From a virus (taxonomy: Duplodnaviria > Caudoviricetes): a stretch of DNA of 64,000 bases. Under the pieces are notes generated by a model. It saw only the letters and a list, made by a program, of their open reading frames with translations. It did no database searches and was not told where the DNA came from. Where the stretch lies: IMG/VR virus record IMGVR_UViG_2806310948_000001, positions 1 to 64,000 of that record, one strand, 5' to 3'. Below, one piece after another: positions 57,496 through 64,000 of the stretch. Every line of letters starts with the position of its first letter. Position 1 is the first letter of the stretch. The position numbers and the translations under genes are program-made.

Positions 57496-58805
57496 AAAGA
57501 ACAGAACAATATTCCGAAAGGCTGAGCAGATTATATCCTGAGCTGCACGAACCGGTAGGGACAGAAAAGATTCTGACTCAGACCGTTACATTTCAGGTCA
57601 CTGATGACTGCAATCTGGCATGCAAGTATTGTTACCAGACACATAAGGGCAAAAAGAAGATGTCGTTTGAAACAGCGAAGAAAATGGTTGATCTTTTACT
57701 GTCTGGAAATAAGGGTGTGGGCGATTACATAAATCCTCAAAAAAGCCCTGGGCTTATCATTGATTTTATTGGTGGGGAACCCCTGCTGGAGATTGAATTA
57801 ATTGACCAGATCTGCAGCTACACGATTAACAGGATGATCGAATTAAACCATCCGTGGCTGACGAGAACGATGTTTTCCATATGTTCGAATGGAGTGTGCT
57901 ACTTCGAACCGGAAGTACAGAGAGTTTTACAGAAATGGAATCAGCGCCTGTCTTTTTCTGTGACTGTTGACGGAAATAAAGAACTTCACGATTCCTGCCG
58001 GGTATTTCCGGATGGGCAGCCATCTTATGATCTGGCAATTTCAGCGGCGAAAGATTGGGTAAACAAAGGTGGATATATGGGTAGCAAGGTTACGATAGCT
58101 CCTGCAAATGTGATGCATGTGTACGATGCAATTACGCACATGATCAATCTTGGATATAACGAGATCAATGCAAACTGCGTCTACGAAGAAGGATGGCAGA
58201 TGATCCATGCAACGGTTTTTTATGACCAGCTGAAGAAGCTTGCAGACTATATCTTGGAACACAATCTTGATATGGAGAATGATTATTACATTTCACTGTT
58301 CGAGGAAAACTTCTTTCACCCGAAGCAGCCTGACGACCTTGAAAACTGGTGCGGTGGAAATGGCGTAATGCTTGCTGTTGATCCAGATGGAATTATCTAT
58401 CCATGTCTGAGATATATGGAAAGCTCTCTGGCGGGGCAGCAGGAACCATATAGTATAGGAGATGTGGATACAGGAATCTGCCAGACGGAATGCGACAGAT
58501 GCCGCGTAGAATGCTTGAAGAAAATTGACAGGAGAACACAGAGCACAGACGAGTGCTTTAACTGTCCTGTCGCAGAAGGCTGTAGTTGGTGTACTGCATA
58601 CAACTATCAGGTGTTCGGTACACCGGATGCAAGAGCAACTTATATTTGCGATATGCACAAAGCACGTGCGCTGGGAAATATTTATTTCTGGAATCACTAT
58701 TATGAGAAAAATAATATCGACAAGCATATGGAGAATCATGTACCGGAAGAATGGGCACTTAACATTATCAGCAAACCTGAATGGGATATGCTGTGCAGTT
58801 TATAA
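57492..58805 (+). CDS. Radical SAM/SPASM peptide maturase, CXXX-repeat target type
   Basis: CNLACKYC (CxxxCxxC), DFIGGEP, SPASM WCGG...DGIIYPC...CFNC...GCSWC...C. Confidence 0.92.
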   Translation: MKRTEQYSERLSRLYPELHEPVGTEKILTQTVTFQVTDDCNLACKYCYQTHKGKKKMSFETAKKMVDLLLSGNKGVGDYINPQKSPGLIIDFIGGEPLLEIELIDQICSYTINRMIELNHPWLTRTMFSICSNGVCYFEPEVQRVLQKWNQRLSFSVTVDGNKELHDSCRVFPDGQPSYDLAISAAKDWVNKGGYMGSKVTIAPANVMHVYDAITHMINLGYNEINANCVYEEGWQMIHATVFYDQLKKLADYILEHNLDMENDYYISLFEENFFHPKQPDDLENWCGGNGVMLAVDPDGIIYPCLRYMESSLAGQQEPYSIGDVDTGICQTECDRCRVECLKKIDRRTQSTDECFNCPVAEGCSWCTAYNYQVFGTPDARATYICDMHKARALGNIYFWNHYYEKNNIDKHMENHVPEEWALNIISKPEWDMLCSL

Positions 58806-58875
58806 CGATTTTCGATATTAAATAACAAAAAGCGATAATATCGGAAAAATGTGGTAAAAAAGAGAGGTGTTTTAA

Positions 58876-59598
58876 ATGATAAAACAAGAAGTTATCTTTA
58901 ATGTCAAAAACCTCAAGATTTCAAAAACGGAGAATATTTTCGCAACAGAAGGCATCAAAAATGTGTTTACGGCAGTATTTCAGTTTCATTCTACGGATTG
59001 GGATGGGCTGGCAAAAACAGCTGTGTTTGAAAACGCAGAAGGAACGAAAGAGCCAAAGCTGTTAGAAGAAGACAGATGTGATATCCCGGATAGCTTTTTT
59101 AAGACTTCCGGGGTTTGCTATGTTTCTGTAATGGCAGGAAACTTCATGGTAACAAATAAAGTTGCCATTATCGTAGTCAATGCCGGCTATACTTCTGGCG
59201 ATACCGTAGCGGAAGCTAAGAACTACTTTGAACAGATTCTCAGATATTTTGACGCAACAAATATGAATGTCCAGAAATACGGAAAGCTGGCTGAGAGATT
59301 CGCTGTCGGATTGGCAGAAGATCCGGAGAGCCTTATGGATAACGCAAAATATTATGCACATCAGGCAGAACAGGCGGTAATGGGAATCCCTGGACAGGTG
59401 GAAGATGCGAAGAATGATATCGATGCTTATGTAAAAGAAAAGGAAGCTGATCTGAAAGGCGAGGATGGAAATGTGTGCTTTGTCGAGTTTCGCATTGAGC
59501 CACCTTGCTTGTATATGCGGAATAATCCGGATGAAACAGACATAGAGTTCCGACTAAACGGTTCAAAATTGGAATACAAATGGAGGGAAAGAGGTTAA
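58876..59598 (+). CDS. BppU-like upper baseplate/fibre adaptor protein
   Basis: FQFHSTDWDGLAKTAVF...CDIP pattern. Confidence 0.55.
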   Translation: MIKQEVIFNVKNLKISKTENIFATEGIKNVFTAVFQFHSTDWDGLAKTAVFENAEGTKEPKLLEEDRCDIPDSFFKTSGVCYVSVMAGNFMVTNKVAIIVVNAGYTSGDTVAEAKNYFEQILRYFDATNMNVQKYGKLAERFAVGLAEDPESLMDNAKYYAHQAEQAVMGIPGQVEDAKNDIDAYVKEKEADLKGEDGNVCFVEFRIEPPCLYMRNNPDETDIEFRLNGSKLEYKWRERG

Positions 59599-61881
59599 AT
59601 GGCAAATAGATCAACGGGCAGTGGCCAGTGGACTGACATGGGGAACGTTACACCAAATCCTCGTGGAAGTTATTCTGACGCTGAAACATATAAGTATTTA
59701 GATATGGTGTCATATGGTGGCGGTTCATATCTCTGCTTGCAGGATGATACAATTGGTGTGCGCCCATCTCCTGGTGAAAGTACAGACAGATGGTTCTGTT
59801 CTTCGGTGCCAGGAGAAGCAACCCCAGATTTCAAAAACTTAGTGACAGAAACTAAAGAAGCGGCCAGGACAGCAAAAGAAAAAGCATCTGAGGCGGAGAC
59901 AAGTGCAAAGGCTTCAGAAATAAGTGCACAGGCGGCTTCGAACTCAGCCGGAGCAGCAGCAGCTTCGGCCAGAGATGCGGAGAATGCAAAAGATGTTGTT
60001 GCCGGATACAAAAATGCGGCTGAAAAGGCTGCATCATCCGCTGCTACATCTGAGAAAAATGTAAATGATAAAATTGCTGGACTGGACAATACGTTTTCTG
60101 AAAAGACAACGAGTGCAATAGAAACCATAAACAAATCCGTAGATACAAAAGCGGAGGAGATAAAAAATGAAATAACTGCAACAAAAAATTCTATGGTGGA
60201 TGCGTCTCAGAAAGCTATAAACGACACAATCGATGCGAGAAAAACTGAGATCAATAATACAGGTGCATCTGAAATTAAAAATGTACAGGCTGAATCAGCA
60301 ACACAGACACAGGGGATTAAAAGCGTAGCAGCTGAGCAGCTGGCAGCTATTAATGCAGCTGGTGGCACTTTAGAGAGTGCAATTGAGCGCTACTATGCTA
60401 TGCGCCGTACGAGAGAAATCTATACGGTAGAAGACCTTGATCCGGATGTTACACAGGCCTGCACGGTAAATCGTTTAGATGCTCTGTCTGGTCTTACCTG
60501 CACACCGTCCACAAATACGACAGCTGGAGAAGACCAAATTGGAACTCTCGAAGCATTCCGCCCGATTGAAGTGAACTGGATCCTCGATGATGATGGAAAC
60601 CAGAAAATTACTGCAATTGAAGGAATGCCGGGATATAAGACGACAGGAAAAGTCAATCGTGGAATCATGAACATGGGACTTTATTACAAAAAAGAGCGAA
60701 ATGCAGAAGATAATGGTTGGCTACATCATTGGTCCATGCTTCCTCGAAAAGAAGAAGGATATGTTCCGATGAAAGAATGTGTTCGTCCAGACAATACGGT
60801 GCAGGGATGGATGCTCCATCCTAAAGGAGCGGCAGTGGATATTGATGGTGTTCCATATGTAACCAACGGAAAACCAGTCAGAAACAAACCTTCGTATGCA
60901 AATTTTGCATATGCACGAAAACAGGGGCCGGCATACTGCTTTGAAACAGATGTGGATGCTGCATGGGTTCTGGCGTTGACAATGATTAAGTACGGAACAA
61001 AGGACCTGCAGGCCTATATGAGAGGATGCACATCTTACAGTTATCAGTATAATGTTGCGGTTGCTGAAGAGAATACAAAGAGAGTAATTCTCACAAAAGA
61101 TCAGGCGAATGATTTTGTTGTTGGTTCATTTGTTAGTGTTGGAAATCCAGGTTCAAATACGAACTATGATCGATATTATGCTTACATGCATAATATCGTT
61201 GATAGCGTAAAAATCACGGCGATTGAAGCTGTGGATGAAACACATAGTGCATTGGTACTGGATGTTGCAGTACCTTTTACGACGGAAACAAGTTACAAGG
61301 TAAGTACAATGCATTGGGAGACAGGATCCACTGATTCCGTACAGGGTTACGATGGAAGCCCAGTATCCAATACAGATGGAAAGAATATCTGCAAGATTAA
61401 TGGCATCGAGATTCTTCCGGGTGGATATTCTGTGTCCGGAAACTCTATGCATATTGTTTCAACAGATGCAGATGGCAATACAGTCGATAAGTATTATCGA
61501 ACCAATAATGCTAAGTTACTGACGACCAATTTAGATACGATCATAAGTACCTATGAAGAAGTGGGTATCTTACCGGAGGCATACGATGCATGGAAGTATG
61601 TAAAAGGACAGCTTGTGGACTTTGGTAAAGGGACAATGATTCCGACTGAATGGGGAGGAGGCGATAAGGCTTGGTGGGCTGATGCTTGGTATTGCGGTGG
61701 AAAACCTGCGGCTGGAACAAGAACAGGCCGGGAGCTCCTCCGGCGCGGCGGTCTGAACGCTGGCGGCGTGAACGGCCCGTCGTGCGTGGGTGGCCTCAAT
61801 GGCCTGGCGGATGCCTGGTGGGGCATCCTCGCGACCCTTTCTCCTAACGCCGTACGGGGTGAATGGCAGGCGGCAGCCTGA
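59599..61881 (+). CDS. Tail fibre / receptor-binding protein, DGR target
   Basis: Ala-rich coiled stalk; C-terminal domain carries the variable repeat (RGG...G..GPSC...WW.ILA, C-type lectin-fold-like end). Confidence 0.85.
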   Translation: MANRSTGSGQWTDMGNVTPNPRGSYSDAETYKYLDMVSYGGGSYLCLQDDTIGVRPSPGESTDRWFCSSVPGEATPDFKNLVTETKEAARTAKEKASEAETSAKASEISAQAASNSAGAAAASARDAENAKDVVAGYKNAAEKAASSAATSEKNVNDKIAGLDNTFSEKTTSAIETINKSVDTKAEEIKNEITATKNSMVDASQKAINDTIDARKTEINNTGASEIKNVQAESATQTQGIKSVAAEQLAAINAAGGTLESAIERYYAMRRTREIYTVEDLDPDVTQACTVNRLDALSGLTCTPSTNTTAGEDQIGTLEAFRPIEVNWILDDDGNQKITAIEGMPGYKTTGKVNRGIMNMGLYYKKERNAEDNGWLHHWSMLPRKEEGYVPMKECVRPDNTVQGWMLHPKGAAVDIDGVPYVTNGKPVRNKPSYANFAYARKQGPAYCFETDVDAAWVLALTMIKYGTKDLQAYMRGCTSYSYQYNVAVAEENTKRVILTKDQANDFVVGSFVSVGNPGSNTNYDRYYAYMHNIVDSVKITAIEAVDETHSALVLDVAVPFTTETSYKVSTMHWETGSTDSVQGYDGSPVSNTDGKNICKINGIEILPGGYSVSGNSMHIVSTDADGNTVDKYYRTNNAKLLTTNLDTIISTYEEVGILPEAYDAWKYVKGQLVDFGKGTMIPTEWGGGDKAWWADAWYCGGKPAAGTRTGRELLRRGGLNAGGVNGPSCVGGLNGLADAWWGILATLSPNAVRGEWQAAA
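61728..61842 (+). repeat. DGR variable repeat (VR)
   Basis: 115-bp ungapped match to TR; all 15 differences are at TR adenines. Confidence 0.97.
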
Positions 61882-61883
61882 CA

Positions 61884-61899
61884 GAGGGGCTGTCCCCTC
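61884..61899 (+). other. DGR target-recognition hairpin downstream of VR
   Basis: GAGGGG-CTGT-CCCCTC just after the target stop codon. Confidence 0.7.
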
Positions 61900-61961
61900 C
61901 AATGGCTATAAATGATTTTAAAGTAACTATGAAATAGAATATTTTTAAGGACTTATGAGGT

Positions 61962-62076
61962 CCGGGAGCTCCTCCGGCGCGGCAATCTGAACAATGGCGG
62001 CATGAACGGCCCGTCGTGCGTGAATGGCAACAATGGCCTGACGAATGCCTGGTGGAACATCCTCGCGACAATTTCT
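61962..62076 (+). ncRNA. DGR template repeat (TR)
   Basis: Intergenic copy with 25 adenines including 9 AAY codons in the target frame; upstream of the RT. Confidence 0.97.
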
Positions 62077-62285
62077 GTGTATAAAAAATTTGATACTCGA
62101 CCTCATAAGCCGGCTGAAGAAGCCTATACTTGGGAATACCCGAAATACGTGATAAAAGGCCATTCCTTTCTCATGAAGTAGATTGATATCTGCAGAGTGG
62201 GAAGGGGAGACTGGCAGGTGCGCTGTCAGCCGGGACTAGTAGACAACCGAAAGTCCCTGAATCACACAGAAAGGAAAATGCCTTT

Positions 62286-63563
62286 ATGAAGAAATGCTGC
62301 AAGAATGTAAATATTTTAGCAGATGATTTTATTGAAGATTCAATTTATGAAGCACTTGACGAAAAATGGAAACGGTCAGATGTGGCAAAGTATCTGCATG
62401 GTCGCACAAGCTCAATGAGTTTGCAGGCTATGAAACGATTGCTTCGGAACACAGACGAAAGAGATCTCATGGTATCTGGTCTGGTCCATACAGTTGCAGA
62501 AAGCCTGCGCTATGAAATCCAGAACCGGTGTTTGAAAGTAGAACCTATTCAATACAGTTGGAGACAAGATGGGGTCAATGGAAAAATCCGAGAAATCGGT
62601 GTAGAAAGCGTAAAACAGCTGATTTTGGATGAAATAGCCAGTGAAGGTTTGGATGAACTCTGGAGGCGAAAGCTGGGATACCATCAGTACGCAAGCATTA
62701 AGGGAAAAGGACAGCTCGGCGGAAAGAAAGCAATAGAGCACCAGATCCGGAAGAAATACAGCATGTCTCGGTACGCTTGGAAAGGTGACGTAAAAAAGTG
62801 CTATCCATCTGTAGATACCCGCAAGCTAAAAAGAATGCTGGAACATGATGTAAAAAATGAAGTCCTGCTATATCTTGTATATTTCTTAATAGGAACCTAC
62901 AAGCAGGGACTTAATATAGGATCAGGATTATCCCAGTTTCTCTGTAATTACTATCTTGCGAAAGCTTATGTGTATGTTCTTGGCTTACATAAAGTCAGGA
63001 AACACCGTGATGGAGCTACCGAAAGCAAAAGACTTGTATATTTTTGTATCATGTATATGGATGATATTTTGCTCATAGGAGCCCGGGAAGCTGATGTAAA
63101 GAGGGCGGCTCGGGCGTTGGAAAAGTATCTGTTGAAAGAGTACGGACTCACAATAAAACCGGATGCAGACCTATTCCCAATTGATTATCGCATCAAAACC
63201 GGAAATAAATATGAGAATTACAGAGAAAAGGATAAGGCAGAAAGGCGCGGTAAGCCGATTGATATGATGGGTTATGTAATTTATAGGGAACATACAGAAA
63301 TCCGTAATAAGATCTTTCTACGGGCAAGGAAAGCATATTCCGTTGCATGGTACTGTATGAAAAATAAAAAGGAAATCCCGTTACATACCGCCTATAAATG
63401 TACAAGTTATTACGGTTGGTTTAAGCATACCGATTCCAAATATGTCAAAGACAAATATAATATTGATGCTGTTTGCGCAGCTGCAAAAAGGAGGATCAGC
63501 AAACATGCAAAAAGCGAAATATATGGAACGTCAGCCAGAAGTGCGCTGGCAGCCTGTCAATAA
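62286..63563 (+). CDS. DGR reverse transcriptase
   Basis: SIKGKG, GDVKKCYPS, GLNIGSGLSQFLCNYYL, YMDD, DMMGY; adjacent to TR. Confidence 0.93.
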   Translation: MKKCCKNVNILADDFIEDSIYEALDEKWKRSDVAKYLHGRTSSMSLQAMKRLLRNTDERDLMVSGLVHTVAESLRYEIQNRCLKVEPIQYSWRQDGVNGKIREIGVESVKQLILDEIASEGLDELWRRKLGYHQYASIKGKGQLGGKKAIEHQIRKKYSMSRYAWKGDVKKCYPSVDTRKLKRMLEHDVKNEVLLYLVYFLIGTYKQGLNIGSGLSQFLCNYYLAKAYVYVLGLHKVRKHRDGATESKRLVYFCIMYMDDILLIGAREADVKRAARALEKYLLKEYGLTIKPDADLFPIDYRIKTGNKYENYREKDKAERRGKPIDMMGYVIYREHTEIRNKIFLRARKAYSVAWYCMKNKKEIPLHTAYKCTSYYGWFKHTDSKYVKDKYNIDAVCAAAKRRISKHAKSEIYGTSARSALAACQ

Positions 63564-63849
63564 TGGCATGGTAGATGTCACGCTGTGCCTGAATGAGCAG
63601 AAAGTGACAATTGAACAGGGACAGATGGAAGACTCTGCAAAGCAGATGATGTATGAATATGATTATCACCAGTTCAGGGAGTCTGCAGATAAGATCAATG
63701 AAGAAACGGTAAGAGCGTCCCCTGCGAAGTATATGTCATATGTGCCGGAAGTCGAAAAGAGCTTGGAAGAGCAATTTGAAGAATTGAAAGCATCAAACGA
63801 AATGCTTACAGGATGCGTTCTTGAGATGTCAGAACTGGTATATCAGTAA
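63505..63849 (+). CDS. Hypothetical tail-associated protein
   Basis: AGGAGG RBS at about 63489; overlaps the RT 3' end by 59 nt; C-terminal LTGCVLEMSELVY. Confidence 0.7.
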   Translation: MQKAKYMERQPEVRWQPVNNGMVDVTLCLNEQKVTIEQGQMEDSAKQMMYEYDYHQFRESADKINEETVRASPAKYMSYVPEVEKSLEEQFEELKASNEMLTGCVLEMSELVYQ

Positions 63850-64000
63850 TGATGAGACTGTTGAGTAACTTTATTATATTATTACAGAATGATGGAGGAA
63901 AAGAAATGATGGCAATGTTATGGGCACAGCAGATTATGCTTGGAAAGAAAACTTATGCAGAGGTACCGAGACTTCTGAAAGCAAAGGTAAAAGAAATCCT
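63849..64000 (+). CDS. CD1375/XkdX-like small phage protein (partial at window edge)
   Basis: MAMLWAQQIMLGKKTYAEVPRLLKAKVKEIL. Confidence 0.7.
   Translation, partial: MMRLLSNFIILLQNDGGKEMMAMLWAQQIMLGKKTYAEVPRLLKAKVKEI

Larger units (their letters stand above)
3385..64000. mobile_element. Temperate myovirus-like prophage (PBSX/Xkd-type tail); right end beyond the window
   Basis: Integrase, cI/cro switch, replication, packaging, head, sheath/tube/baseplate and fibre genes in canonical order. Confidence 0.95.

Noticed and set aside
58809-58848. Inverted repeat after the radical SAM gene
   Set aside because: AT-rich stem with a long loop and no U tract; cannot be assigned as terminator or operator.
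61728-62076. VR/TR pair as a simple duplication or CRISPR repeat
   Set aside because: Only two copies, no spacers, and all differences are at adenines next to an RT: this is the DGR signature.
62286-63563. RT as a retron, Abi or group II intron enzyme
   Set aside because: No domain V/VI after it, no retron VTG motif or msr-msd-like flanking repeats recognised, and a TR/VR pair is adjacent.
1-64000. tRNA, rRNA, CRISPR arrays, IS transposases, holin/endolysin, attR
   Set aside because: None recognised in this window; lysis genes and attR are expected beyond position 64000.

Overview
Low-GC Firmicute window, probably Lachnospiraceae (inferred from gene content). Positions 1-1965 are the 3' parts of two nested group II introns (a twintron). 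An RmInt1-like inner intron appears to be inserted exactly after the YADD codons of an outer intron's RT. A host vanZ-family gene follows. From about 3385 to the window end is a large temperate, contractile-tailed (PBSX/Xkd-like) prophage whose large serine integrase has split the host endonuclease IV gene (nfo) right after its HAPY motif. Module order: integrase; a type I toxin-antitoxin locus missed by the ORF track; two XRE repressors and a secreted MORN protein; a cI/cro switch with five GTCCA-N7-TGGAC operators; a replication/recombination block (single-chain SbcD-SbcC fusion, replisome organiser, MTase-like protein, PcfK/PcfJ, RecU, a phage beta clamp); a late regulator; a five-gene cassette before the terminase (Na+:solute symporter, two PAPS-reductase-like PP-loop proteins, two ParB-like proteins); head; tail and baseplate (hub gene frameshifted); a Cys-repeat substrate plus radical SAM/SPASM cluster inside the tail-fibre module; and a complete DGR (VR 61728-61842, TR 61962-62076, 15 differences all at TR adenines, RT 62286-63563). 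Lysis genes and attR lie beyond the window. The strongest candidates for an undescribed system are the radical-SAM/CXXX-repeat cluster embedded among the adsorption genes and the symporter/PP-loop/ParB cassette. No CRISPR array, tRNA or rRNA was seen. All family names come from motif recognition, not database searches.
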